This document shows positions 50,074-63,683 of a stretch of DNA of 64,000 bases, in pieces. Numbering within the stretch: the stretch's first letter is position 1; every line of letters begins with the position of its first letter. The translations under genes and the position numbers were made by a program. The notes below the pieces were generated by a model that was not told the DNA's origin, made no database searches, and worked only from the letters and a program-made list of their open reading frames with translations. Source of the stretch: Octopus sinensis (taxonomy: Eukaryota); contig NC_042998.1 of assembly GCF_006345805.1 (NCBI RefSeq), positions 83,948,001 to 84,012,000 on the forward strand, given 5' to 3'.

Positions 50074-50470
50074 AAACGTGGCTGTGTGGTAAGTTTGCTT
50101 CCCAACCATGGCTCATGGTTCAGTCCCGCTGCGTGGCACCTTAGGCAACTGTCTTCTACTATAGCCTCGGGCCAACCAAAACTTGTGAATGGATTTGGTA
50201 ATCCTGTAAATAATAATAATATTTTTACATAAGCTTATATATATATATATATAATATATATATATAATATATATATATATATTATATATATATGGGGTTC
50301 TTTGTGTTGTTTTTCCCCCTTCGCCGTTTGAGAACCAGTGTTTATGTGTTTACGTCCTCATAATCTAGCTGTTTGGCAAAAGATACCGATAGAAAAAATG
50401 CCAGGCTTAGAAAAAAATTCTCCGAGGCAGTGCCCCAGCATGACCGTAGTCTTATGACTTAAACGAGTGA
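50074..50470 (+). mobile_element. SINE family B inside a decayed purine-rich LINE-like fragment (about 49620-50850)
   Basis: GTGGCTGTGTGGTAAG..GGTTCAGTCCC..ACCTTAGGCAA..GCCCCAGCATGACCG. The LINE assignment of the flanks is weak. Confidence 0.7.
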
Positions 50471-52689
50471 AAGGTAAAAGAAAAGATACGAAGAGTTGCG
50501 GTGGCTTTGGAATTGGTGAGCGCAGAAGAGGAAAGCGTATGTAAGAAGAGACGTTGATGGTTGGAGTATGTCTCAGTGTAGGAAAAGAAGGGGTGTATAC
50601 GAAGTGTTGTTGGTGGCTGAAGGATTTCTGTATGCAGAAGAAAATGTATATGGATGAAGGAAGACTTCGAGTAACTGGAAGTTTCTGTTACTGATATCTA
50701 AGAGAGAGAGTTGAGTGGCGGAGGAGAGTAGAACCTACATACAGATACTATCTATCAAAGTTTAAATACGATGTAGCTTGAGAAGTGAGAGATTTGGGTC
50801 TGCGAAAGAAAAGGGCTTCTGAAAAGCTATCTGTAGCATTATATAACAAGAAATGAGTAGTATATTGTTATGTAAGGAGTGAACTGCTACGTGGCTGCTC
50901 AACCTTTAAAAATAGCAGTCAGTTGTCTAACTACAATTTACTGCGAACAATTTTAAAATAGGAAGGACATAGGAGATAGAGTAGTCTCAGAAACATCGAA
51001 TAAATTATAGAATGGTCGCAGCTTGATTTCTTTTGATTATAGATTTATTTGATTTTGGTTGACCTGGGGGTTAAATAACAACAACGATGACGATATAAAT
51101 GCCACAACGCAGTCACCCGACTTTCTAGTAATAGCAACCATATTTTCCTCAAATCACACTATCGTATTAAAAAGTGAGGAAGATGTATTCGACAATTCTG
51201 TCAAACCTATTTAAAGAGGCTGGATGGTCACATCTGGAAAACTTTGCATCACATATCTGCTCCATCAACAACAGCAACAACGAATTGAATGATACGCATA
51301 AAATGAGAATGGAAGCCATTTTGCAAATACTAATTGCCGGGAGACCATCATCATCACCACCACCACCACTACCACCGCAACGACATAGTGAAGCTTCATT
51401 GCTTTGAAAGGATTATATAACATCAAATGAATTAATTAATCCTTAGATAAATTTACTTTATCGAGGAGGGGGTGTTGGATATACGAGATAGATGTAAGAA
51501 AGCGAGAGAGAGAGAAAGAGACTGAAAGAGGGGAAAAGGAGAAAAGACGAGAGGGGAAACAAATACAGAGATATGCACAAAGACAGTTTCCAAACAAACG
51601 GAGTCACGCAATTTGGCCCTGTTGGAGTTTCATCAGATTCGCTGCAGGCAAAATCATGCATTTTCTCGTTTATATTCTACATAATCTAAAAATATTAAAA
51701 GTACATATATAAATTCAATATATGATATAAGTGTCATCAGAGAGTAATTTATTCTCTAGAATATGATTACGTAAGTTTAACATTCAATACACAGCAATAA
51801 TTACCTTACTTGAAGGCATACAAGACATACTTTCTTTTTCTTAAAAATGTCACACCGGATACTATATGCGAAGTTGGGCCTCTATTACATGTTTTAATGC
51901 ATTGAAAGCCTTTTTTTCTCCTGTATGAGCTGCTGAAATAGACGTGCGTCTTTTATGTCATCAAATACGGTAACACACTAAATTAGTTGTTTCGATTAGT
52001 GTAAGAAGAAACACTAGGGGTTTGACCCTAAAATTAATTCATTACTTTATATGTGCCCTATTGAAATTGATATTAGAAAATACTGGGGTTGTTCTGCGCT
52101 CTGCACTTACAAATGTCTGATATTTTAAGTAAAGAAAAACAAGATGATATAATGGTCACATATTCACCAATGATTTTTAACGATATTGACTGAATTAAAA
52201 TTGCTTTCTGTCAGAAATTAAAACCTCGACACACGTAAAGTGAGTTTTATTATTCTCTACACAAGTCATTGTTTTTGTATCAGGAATTAAAATCTATTTA
52301 TACACCCGCCACACGGAAAGGAAGCAAATATATGGCACTATGGCACTCACTATAGAACTTATAGAATATTGATTTCTAATTCTGGTATAAAAACACCAAT
52401 TAAATCGATCGCAGTGCTTGACTTGAACTTTATTTTAACGTCCCTCGGAAGGTTGTAAGGTAAAATGGACGTCCGTAACATTTAAAATTAAAATGTAAAG
52501 AAACGTAACGAAATACTGTATATGATTTTGTACAGCGCTCTTGGGATTCTGTCACCTATCGCCTTTAAATCAAATATTAAATTCATCATAACGTGACATT
52601 CGAAGGGTGTGTAATTAATCTTGATTTAGAATTATCGAATGAATGTGTGTATTTATATGTGCGCGTAAATATAGAAACTTGTAGTGTTT

Positions 52690-52930
52690 TTGTAACTACG
52701 TTTGTGTAACAAGACTAAATGACAGTTGTGGTAAGAGACGAGTTCAGGAAGAAAGTCTTACGAGTTAGTTTGATGGATGATGGAATTGAAATGACAAAGA
52801 CTTTTCGACTTAAACAGTATCAGGAAGATTTAGAAATCATTTTCAGAAAGACAATTTTTATCTCTTCTAAGGCTGTACAAATTTTATTTTTATTTACGTT
52901 GTCATTGACAATTAAAATTCATGAGATAGA
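52690..52930 (-). mobile_element. Decayed Penelope-like GIY-YIG fragment
   Basis: The minus frame FNCQ..NCLSEN..YHNCHLVLLHKRSYKNT resembles the CNC..C..EN..YNH..F.HK.Y.N.T pattern. Confidence 0.3.
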
Positions 52931-53189
52931 AGCTGAAGTTTAGCTGAATTTCTTTCTTCTTTCATTCCATACGTCTAAACATTTTTTCGCATCGTTTTAT
53001 TCTCTTTTCCATTCTGTGTTGAAACAAAAGATTTCGGACGAATAAAGAAATAATTCCATTAAATGTTCCTCGAAATAAAGTTATAATTTGATTTACTTTC
53101 TCATTCTTGCACCATTGGGGCTGCTCTTGCTGATAAGCCTTTGCAACGATGGCTAGTTTGAGGCAGTTCTCAGTAAGTGGTGTATATTA

Positions 53190-53900
53190 GTTTCAAATTT
53201 TGACACAAGGCCAGCAATTTCGATGGCGGGGTTGAGTCGATTACATCGGCCCCAGTGCTCGACTGGTACTTATTTATTGATTCCCAAAGGATGAAAGGCA
53301 AAGTCGACCTCGGCGAAATTTGAACTCAGAACGTAAAGATAAATGAAATACCTATTTCTTTACTACCCACAAGGGGCTACACATACAGAGAGGACAAACA
53401 AGGACAGACAAACGAAGTACCTATTTCTTTACTGCCCACAAGGGGCTACACACAGAGAGGACAAACAAGGACAGACAAACGAAGTACTTATTTCTTTACT
53501 GCCCACAAGGGGCTACACACAGAGAGGACAAACAAGGACAGACAAACGGATTAAGTCGATTACATCGACTCCAGTGCGTAACTGGTACTTAATTCATCGA
53601 CCCTGAAAGGATGAAAGGCAAAGTCGACCTCTGCGGAATTTGAACTCAGAACGTAACAGCAGACGAAATACCTATTGCTTTACTACCCACAAGGGGCTAA
53701 ACACAGAGAGGACAAACAAGGACAGACAAACGGATTAAGTCGATTGTATCGACCCCAGTGCGTAACTGGTACTTATTTAATCGAACCCGAAAGGATGAAA
53801 GGCAAAGTCGACCTCGGCGGAATTTGAACTCAGAACGTAGCGGCAGACGAAATACGGCTACGCATTACGCCCGGCGTGCTAACGATTCTGCCAGCTCACC
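53190..53900 (-). mobile_element. SINE family A concatemer with an internally amplified ~67-bp unit
   Basis: Three SINE bodies. The unit CTATTTCTTTACT.CCCACAAGGGGCTACACA..GAGAGGACAAACAAGGACAGACAAACG occurs three times in tandem at about 53346-53549 and again near 53670. Confidence 0.85.
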
Positions 53901-54671
53901 GCCTTCTATTTTCCGTGCAATATTCTCGACAATATCATGGCAGCGAAACTAGATTGCAGAGGCTTTGGTCAGTAGATATCCATTTTTATTACGGTACGTA
54001 AACCTCCTGAACTGATCTAGATGGTGTCGATTCCCATTCATCTGACTCTGCCTTTACCCTTTGCATTCATCTACCGTTATAGATTGTTCCCTATTAGTGA
54101 GGTAGGCCTTAGTGTTGTTTCGACATTTGTTGTCTAAGGCTTACATAGAGTTGATGTGACGCATGTTTGAAAAGGGTAGCAGTAGCGTTATATTGACTTA
54201 CAACGTATCATCCTTTTTATCTCCATCTCCGTTTATCTATGCAATGCAGCGAGCTTGCAGAATCGGTGGACGAAATAGTTAGCGGCATTTCTTCCGGCTT
54301 TTTACGCTCTGAGTTTAAATGCCGCCGGGGTCAACTTTGCCTTCCATCCTTTCAAGGTCGATGAAATGAAATGCCAGTCAAGTAGTGGCAGTAAAGTACT
54401 GGAATCGATATAATCGACTTGTCCCCTGCCCTCAAAACTGCTGGCCTTGAACTCTTTGACGAATTGGCATTCAGTTCAGGGGAACATTATGATAGTCACT
54501 TATGCGCCATGGAAACCGGGTAACCGACCTTATGAGTACTACGGCTCCAGAGGAAAAGTATCCACTTAGTCATGGTGACAACATTGGTAGAGTCGGTAGA
54601 AAGTTGGATCGAGCTCTTTGAAGTATTCTTTCCAGTTCTCTGTGTTCTGAGTTCAAATCCTGCAGAGGCTC

Positions 54672-54752
<81 letters not shown>

Positions 54753-55447
54753 ATTTCTTTTTCTGGAAGTAATCGGCTGAGTTTAGTCCAGAAGAGAGAT
54801 AGATTCTGCCAAATCTGAAAATATCAACGTTAAGCCTTATATCCACGACAGTCTTGCTTCGATTCTATCAACAGTTGACGACCTAAAACAAGGCTAAGGC
54901 ATCCATGCAACTAGCACGACAGACTAGGGGCACACATAGCATCTCGAAACAAACCAAATGTGAATATACCAATATACGTGTGATTTAAATAGCTATCCTG
55001 AGTCTTCTGTGGTGTAACTGTTTCGGTTTCAGTACAATTTCTCAGATCAAGGCACTCCTGAAACACGTACATCTCAGAAATCTCGAAAGTTACAGTCAGA
55101 CTACAAAATCTTTGAATGACGTTGTTATCTGTCGGAAAACAAATATAACACTGTAGCAACTTCCACGCCTCAGCGACTTTGTTTCCCCATAACTTTAAAA
55201 AAATTGATATTTGGTAATAGTTTCCTACAAATATCTTTTAGGTGTTGTAGAGTACGATAATATCGGAATTTATAGTGAAAATGCTTTTCGGAGAGGGATA
55301 GAAAAGAGTTTCGGAATAATTGACTATGAGGTATAAAAATGCGTACATTTTTAATGAATTTATCTGCAAACACCTTTCAGATGGTCTTGATTGCGATTAT
55401 ATAAGAACTTAATATTAAAAAATAGTGGGCACACATATATACTGATA

Positions 55448-56187
55448 CACGAGGGCTGATCAATAAGTGTTCGGACTGTCGCTATAGTTACGAAGGTAAA
55501 GCACGCTGAGTAAAGCCACTTGGCGCAGATTGACTTTGAATTCTGCTGTGCATGCGCACTAAGTTTTAACGTTCTAACTCGCTTTCGCTGTTTACAGCAC
55601 TGCTTAGAATGGAGGTGTGTAGCGTGTGATCGTCGCATTGGAAAAAATGTCGAAATTGACGAACGTTTTTGGAGACCCGGAACCAGCAGAACTGTGAAGG
55701 GAAATCGTCGAATCCCCATCCCTGAGTTATCAGACGATGTGCAGATTAGTTACGGTTCAGTTCAGTCCGTTATCACTGAAGATTTGAATATGAGACGTGT
55801 GTCTGCCAAGTTTGTGCCAAAACTACTTTCAGCTGACCAAAAGCACACTCGAGTTTCAGTTGCACAAGATTTCCTTGATTGTGTCGAGAACGATGAAGAC
55901 TTTCTGAAAACTTTGCATAGGCCGTTAAGCAGGTATCACCAAGCATTTGGCAAAATTTGATGCTGATTTTCTGCTCACCTTATTCTGTCATGTTCAATGC
56001 AACAATCACACGCTACACACGTCCCTTCGGAGCACTGTTGTAAACAGCGGAAGCGAGCTAGAACGTTTAAACTGAGTGCGCATGCACAGCAGAGTTCAAG
56101 GTCAATCTGTGCTCTGCGGCTTTACTCTGTGTGCTTTAGCTTCGTTACTATGGTAACAGTCCGGATACTTATTGATCAGTCCTCGTG
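55448..56187 (+). mobile_element. Internally deleted mariner with ~190-bp inverted termini
   Basis: TA|CACGAGGGCTGATCAATAAGT ... ACTTATTGATCAGTCCTCGTG|CA. The interior encodes ISYGSVQSVITEDLNMRRVSAKFVPKLLSADQK (HTH plus WVPHEL-type linker). Confidence 0.88.
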
Positions 56188-56898
56188 CATCAATAATATT
56201 TTCACCAATTTGTGAAAGATCTTATTTAGTTATTTAGTTATGTAGATATTATTTACTTGCAACTAAACTCATATACATGCTGAATCTGAAATAGACCACT
56301 AATGTATAAAATGGAGTTCATCGGACTTAACAAATAACATATTCAACTTCCAAAATGTAATTATATTAATGTTGCCGGCCTTATAAATGTGTTATGTTGG
56401 TCATAATTGATCAGTATAACACGTCTAATAAGCTCGTTCGCGGTTTCTCTCACACATTTCAGCTTTGCGTTCGATCAAATAGATTCCGCTGTTCGATTAT
56501 TCTAGTCTGTAGCCTGTTTGAGAGTAAAGTAAGCTGGCCACAGAAACAAGAAATACGAGATCGGTAAACACCGATCTGGTGATCTCTACGATGGTTGACT
56601 TATATTCTATCCATTTGATCAACAGCTTTCTTGCTTCAATGTGAAACTAAAGACAGCTTTTGAATAGATGTTTCTGTCGTTGTTGTTTCACTACAAGTCA
56701 ATCCTAATCAAATAGCCTTTAATCAAAGATATTCTGGATGTAGCCATCCCGGGATTTTTTAAGTGTGATGTACAGGATCTGACTTTATAGAAAACTTCTA
56801 CACAGTTGTAGTGTTGCATGCCAATTACGAAAATCACGAGTTTTTTCTTTCTTTTTTTTTTGTGAAATTAAAGAAATCACTGAATCTTTTTCAATTTT

Positions 56899-56977
56899 AA
56901 CCAATCAGATCTATTCATTCGCTGCACATATTGGTGACGTCATACAAAGTAACTTTTTTTCCCGAGACTTGACGTTA
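56899..56977. promoter_or_regulatory. Cluster of CCAAT and CRE-like motifs
   Basis: CCAATCAG at 56901, ATTGG at 56930, TGACGTCA at 56935 and TGACGTTA at 56970. No linked gene was identified. Confidence 0.2.
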
Positions 56978-57566
56978 CGAAAAACTGAACTTTTTTTTGT
57001 TTTTAGGAAATTAACGATTAGTTTTAATTTAGTCACAAGGCCATCGATTTTGATGGAATGAAGTTAGTCGATAACACCAACTTTAAAACTTGACAGGTAC
57101 TTTATTTGATCGATCACATAAAGATGAAAAGCATAGTTGACTTCAACTGAATTTGAACTCAGAACATAAAGGCCCAAAACAAATTCTGCAAAGCATAAAA
57201 GTTTACCACTTTGCAACAGGTTTGAGTAATTAATAAGCCTCCTTTCTATTACAGGCACAGGAGCTAAAATTTTGCGGGAGAGTGGTTGTCATTAAAATCA
57301 ACCTCAGTACTCAACTGGTACTTTATTTATCGACCCCGAAAATATGACAGGCGAAGTCGACTTCGACGAAATTTGAACTCAGAACGTAAGACGGACGAAA
57401 TAATCACTAAGGATTTTGTCTGGCGCGGTAACGATTCTGCCAACGCGACGCCTTTAAGAGATTAATAGTAAAAATGTCACAAGATCTTTAAAGATAAATA
57501 TATTTAGTGAAAGGAAATGAAAGAAAACAAATTAACGGTAATAGTGAAATTTTGTAAAGCACTACA

Positions 57567-57632
57567 AACCCTAACCTTAAACCTAACCCTAACCTCAACT
57601 CCAACCCTAAACCTAACTCTACGCACTAACCC
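57567..57632. repeat. Degenerate (CCCTAA)n telomere-like tract
   Basis: AACCCTAACCTTAAACCTAACCCTAACCTCAACTCCAACCCTAAACCTAAC. Confidence 0.7.
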
Positions 57633-58504
57633 CATAGCCATTTGACGGTTTCAATTAGTTGCTATAAGGAGGCAAACTAACAGCATCGTTAGCATACTGG
57701 ACAAAATGCTTAGCGGCGTTTCTTGTGATTCTTTACGTTCTGAGTTCAAATTCCGCTGAGGTTGTCTTTACATTATATCTTTTGGGGGTCGATAAAGTAA
57801 GTACTAGTCGAGCACTGGCTAACCCCATCCCCCACAATTTCAGGCTTTGTACTTGTAGAGTTGAAAGAATATATTGCTATGAGGACATATAGAAATAAAT
57901 TGTGGATTTTCATAATGTCAAGATTTGGATAGATTTAGCAGGTTAAAATTACAAAAATAAGCTAAATTCAAGTTTTAAAGGATCACAACTTCTTGTTTTT
58001 TTTTTCATTGTCATTTTCAGAGTCAGCATGAAAATCTACCTCTATGTAAAAATCAGACCCAGTGCACCCAACCTAAAAAAAATCCCAGTTCCAGGTTTTC
58101 GGATGCATAAAGAGGATTAAGAGCATTAAGACGGTTAACTAAGTTGGATAAAATGTTTAGTGGTACTTCTTCCGACTCTTCCGTACTGATTTCAAATCCC
58201 GCCGAGGTCACCTTTGTCTTTTATCCTTTCGGTATTGATAAAATAAAGGGTTAGTCAAGTACCTGGGGTCAATATATTCGACAAAGCCCTTCACCTAAAC
58301 TTGCTGACCTTCAGCCCACATTTGAAACAATGTAGAAGGATATATTACGTAATGTGCCCTTTCCTCCTTTCCTTATTTAAAATAATAGTGTATAATTTCA
58401 TGGGGGTGTGACTGTTACTTTTAGCAGAACGGGTGACCACTATATTCACACAGACATAATTTATGCATTCATACACAAACACATACATATATCCGTTCAT
58501 ACGA

Positions 58505-58536
<32 letters not shown>

Positions 58537-58626
58537 TTAGATGTGCACACATACACACATGCACACACGTACAAACAAAAAGAAAGCAGTTATGACATCA
58601 CCTACGTGATTCGAATTCCACATCGT

Positions 58627-58693
<67 letters not shown>

Positions 58694-59157
58694 GGGTGTG
58701 GGGGTGTTTTGGGTGGGTGTATAAAATATATACATACAAAAAAACAAAAGCGTTGCAAATGTCGAGTTTTGTTTTTCCCCGTCCACCAGTTAAAGTCGAG
58801 TGGGTGTTATTCCTCCGTGTCCAAATATAATGTATTGGCTTCGTTTTCATAGCATAAAAACAATATATTTCAGAGAAACGTGGAGGAGAATGTGTGATGT
58901 CTCTATAGTTCTGAGTTGCATTAGATACGATTATATTTCTAATATATTAGCGGTCAAGTTGACATCAATGGCCTTGAAGAATCGGTCAGTCAATGGTTCT
59001 CAAACGGTTTTTTTGTCTCTGGACCCCTCTGATTCCTATTTTATTCGAGTGGACCCCCAAAACCATTCAGTCTTTTTAAAAAATTCAATTATATTTTTAT
59101 AATTAAATATTATTAGGAACTGTATAAAAAATAGAATATTTTGTATATTGTAGAAAT

Positions 59158-59535
59158 TGTGGTATTCCGTCGGTTACGACGACGAGGGTTCCTGTTGATC
59201 CGATCAACGGAACAGCATGCTCCTCAACTTAACGTGCAAGTGGCTGAGCACTCCACAGACACGCGTATCCTTAACGTAATTCTCGGGGAGATTCAGCGTG
59301 ACAGAGTGTGACAAGGCTGGCCCTTTGAAATACTGGTACAACAGAAATAGGAAGAAAGAGTGAGAGAAAGTTGTGGTGAAAGAGTACAGCAGGGTTCGCC
59401 ACCACCCCTGCCAGAACTTCGTGGAGCTTTAGATGTTTTTACTCAATAAACACTCACAACGCCCGGTCTGGGAACCGAAACCGCAATCCTACGACCGCGA
59501 GTTCGCTGCCCTAACCACTGGGCCATTGGGCCTCC
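59158..59535 (-). mobile_element. tRNA-derived SINE family C with 12-bp TSD
   Basis: Minus head GGAGGCCCAATGGCCCAGTGGTTAGGG. TSD TATTGTAGAAAT at 59146-59157 and 59536-59547. Confidence 0.85.
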
Positions 59536-59569
59536 TATTGTAGAAATATAACCAATTCATTGCATGTAA

Positions 59570-59876
59570 GTGGAGGCACATGGCCTAGTGGCTAGAGCAG
59601 CGGACTCGCGGTCGAGGTATTGAAGGTTCGAATCTCAGATCGAGCGATGTGTATGCTTATGAGTGAAACAACTAAGCTCCACGCGGCTCTGGCAGAAGGT
59701 AATGGCGAACTTCTGACTCTTTCACCACAACTTTCTCTCACTCTTTCCTCTTGCATCTATCAGCTCACCTGTGATGGACCGGCGTCCTGCCCAGGTAGGA
59801 AACCTATAGGCCGATGACACCGGAAACCGGTCCTTATGAGTCAGGCATGGCTCGAGAAGGAACAAACAACAAACAC
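59570..59876 (+). mobile_element. tRNA-derived SINE, family C relative with V-domain-like segment and 12-bp TSD
   Basis: Head TGGCCTAGTGGCTAGAGC..GGTTCGAATCTC and CCTGTGATGGACCGGCGTCCTGCCCAGG. TSD CATTGCATGTAA at 59558-59569 and 59877-59888. Confidence 0.85.
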
Positions 59877-61369
59877 CATTGCATGTAAAGTTTAATAAAT
59901 GAACCCCCAAAGGCCATATGGACCCCAGATGAGAACAACTGGGTTAGCGTAATGGACAAAACTATTAGATACCTTATGATATTTAGTTAGGTAGCAAACT
60001 AAGTCACCGAAGTCAATTTTCCTTTTTATTCTGATGGAGCCAATAAAAAGAAGGCACCAGTAAAGTGCCGATTAATTGACTCAACCCTCGTCCTCTCCTT
60101 TCCCTAACTGAAGACCTTCAGCTCATATTGGTTTCAAATTTTGGCACAGGGCCAGAAATTTAGGGGAAGTACTCAATTGATACTTATTTTATTGATCCCA
60201 ATAGGATGAAAGGCAAAGTCGATCTCGGCAAAATTTGAACTCAGAACCAAAAGACGGACAAAATGCTGCTAAACATTTTGCCCAGCGTGCTAACGATTCT
60301 ACCAGCTCGCCGCCCTACCTTCGCTTATGTTAGAAATCATTTTATTAGCGGTTATGAAAACGCCAGATTGGTGGTAAATATGGATCATCGGTATAACTGC
60401 GTCTTTTTAGTTTGCACGTTCAAATCCTATCGCTCGATAAATAAGTCCCAGCCATGAACGAATGTCGACATCTTTATTGTAAATTTCCCCCTCGCACTTT
60501 ATCTTAAAAACTATTTGTATTCCCGTACCAATATTAGAAATATATAATCAATATATTAATCGTTTTTATATTAATTATTAAAGAAGATAGCACTCAGAAA
60601 ATAAACAATATTTTTACTTCTTCAGTCGTAGAGTAAATGACAATACCCAAGAGTGCCATGGATTGGTCGGATTTACTATAATAATCTATACTAGACTTGT
60701 GTCTATAAAAAATGTGAATGCAAAATTAACAAGAGGTCTGCAGATTAAAATATATTACGGTAAGTTAATATTTGAAAAGTTGCAAAAGAGACATTTTTTT
60801 TAAGCAAGTTTAAAAATATATAATGTAAATATGCGTGAGTGGGTGTATGTGTATATGAAAGAAAAAGCTCTGAAGAAACGCGCGCACGCACGCACATGTG
60901 TGTGTATGGAATAATTATGTGTAATACTCTGTTCGTATGACACACACGCATTAGCTGCTACACACACATAAGTTAAAGGTACATACACACACACATACGT
61001 TAGACAGCCTCACTTATTCCCATACATATACACGCGTCCACACATACGCACACATGGTGTACATGCACACATCGCTCCACATATACGCGCGTGTTTGATT
61101 ACTCACACACTTACACATGCGCGCATACACATGTACACTCCCATACAAGCACATACACTTACATAATCTTTATACTCACGTACATGCTTGTCCCCCCACC
61201 CCACACACACACGTAAGCCAGGTAACTGTTTGTTGTCTCCCTTGTTATTCTTGTCTACAACCATTTCCTTCCTTCAGGTCAATTCAACATGAGCAACCGT
61301 TAATCCAGATGTTTTTTTTTATCTTTCTCCTTTTTTTTTTCTTTTTTCCATTTATTTTCTTTCCTCATT

Positions 61370-61407
61370 TCTTTCTGTAGAAGAGCGTAGGCTCGAAACG
61401 TCAAAGA
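61370..61407 (+). ncRNA. Minimal hammerhead-like motif, U6 variant with GUC site
   Basis: TCTTT | CTGTAGA A | GAGC-gtag-GCTC | GAAAC GTC | AAAGA. Confidence 0.45.
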
Positions 61408-61697
61408 CTCTTCCATATTTCCTGAGTGTTAAACTAATATACCTTGTTTGTTGTTCCTTCACCTGTTTCTCTTTTTTTTTTTTTTAACAATTTGGAATCA
61501 CACATAATATATGCTCACGTGGTCACGTCAGTTTGATCCTGCCTGACTAAACTTACTCCTATCTTCTCCTTTCCTACCTTTTTCTCGGATCTTTGCTAAC
61601 TCTTCTGAACCACTTTGCCACCACTCCACCCGGATTACCATTAGAATTTTATACTTCTTGGATTCTACCATCATGGATCTTGCAGTACACTGTTATT

Positions 61698-62010
<313 letters not shown>

Positions 62011-63361
62011 TAAAGGACCTCCGCCGTTCGAGACTGACCAGTCATCTACATAAGAATGCATTAGCTAAGGCAAGTCTCCCCTCTTTACACACACACCACC
62101 ACCACCACCGTTTATCCAAAAGAAAAACTGCTGGTTTGCGCAGATATAGCTCGGCAACAGTGTTGCCGCGGGCGCTGCTCTCAGAACGCAAGGGGCCGGA
62201 ATAGCTATTTCAAGGCATTTTTCTCGATCCTCAAACAGTTTCGCCAAACCCCCGTCTTAGACTGCTCATTTATACTTTATCGACTCACAAAGAATGAAAG
62301 GCATAATTTAAGCATGAGTTTGTAAAAAAACTTTAACTAAGCCAAAACTATTCCGAGACCGTTTAAGTGAGAGGGAGCTAGTGCTAGTGTTTTCTAAAGC
62401 ACCGGGTTAAGTTAAGCGTTGACATCTCAATAACGGCAAGAAAGGAACATTTCCGTAGCAATATTTTCAAATCATGGAAGTTGGCGAGCTGGCAGAATCG
62501 TTGGCACGCCGGGTATAATGTTTAACGGCATTTTGTCCATTTTTACGTTCTGAGTTCAAATTCCGCCGAAGCCGACTTTGCATTTCATCCTTTCGGGGTC
62601 GATAAAATAAGTACCAGTTGAGCACTGTGGTCGATGTAATTGAACTTGTTGGCTTTGCGCCAAAATTTAAAACCAATATTTTCACAATCATGCGATACCC
62701 AGTTGTAGGGGCACTGATGCATTTATTTCCCCTATTTCGTTTCCTTTTCTGTGCCCCTCATCTTTGTACCATGTTAATCGATATCTGAAAGGAAAACGCT
62801 GACTTCGAGTAAGTTCCAGGAGATTGCAGTTCTGGACAGAAGGAAATTCCAGGAGAGATGTGTATGTGACTTGTTAGTGAGATACAGAGAGGGAAACAAG
62901 AATAAGGAAGATTACTGCATCAAGTAATACACAGCTTCCTTGTGGCACAGGAACCTTTTTAGTAGAGTTAAAACAGAGTCAACTAGAGACACACCACGAT
63001 GACGTGATTTAGTGCCACAAAAATTTCAATGAACCAAACAGCTGTTTGTAAGTCGAAATATTTAATAATTGCAATAATAATTGTAATCTTTCCAATTATA
63101 AACTGCTAGAAAAGAAATCGATCGTAATCTCGGAATACATACATACATACATACATACATACATACATACATACATACATACATACATACATACATACAT
63201 ACATACATACAAGCTTGCTTTCCAACCACATGGTTTGGGGTTCAGTCCTACTACGTGACCACCTTGGTTCAGTGTCTTCTACTATAGCCTCGGGCCGACT
63301 AAAGCCTTGTGACTAGATTTTGTTGATGGAAACTGAAAGAAGCCCATCGTATATATATATA

Positions 63362-63497
<136 letters not shown>

Positions 63498-63683
63498 AAT
63501 ATCAAATATTCTATAATTATAAACATAATTATAATCAGGGGTCAGCTGATTGCTTCATCACGCACCGAATTTAGAAATAGGAGTTAAAATGCCTTTTCTG
63601 CTACCATAGAGATATCCCAGACAGTAACAGACTTTTTTACGTAGGCAAAAAGAACAAATAACGAATCCACACGACTCAGATGA

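Larger units (their letters stand above)
58991..59941. mobile_element. hAT-like MITE interrupted by two SINEs
   Basis: Termini CAATGGTTCTCAA and TGAGAACAACTG resemble the hAT CAGTGGTTCTCAA TIR. GGACCCC sub-terminal motifs are present. There is no clean 8-bp TSD. Confidence 0.6.

Noticed and set aside
51595-51650. CTGATGA..GAAAC on the minus strand, and similar words at 35440-35480, 17340-17420 and 59810-59835
   Set aside because: Stem I or helix II cannot be paired convincingly, so they were not called as hammerheads.
53346-53760. Regular direct repeats superficially like a CRISPR array
   Set aside because: There are no unique spacers and no cas genes. The units are parts of a eukaryotic SINE.
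59570-59645. tRNA-like sequences here and at other SINE heads
   Set aside because: A and B boxes are present, but there is no complete cloverleaf and the sequence continues into SINE bodies with TSDs, so these are not tRNA genes.
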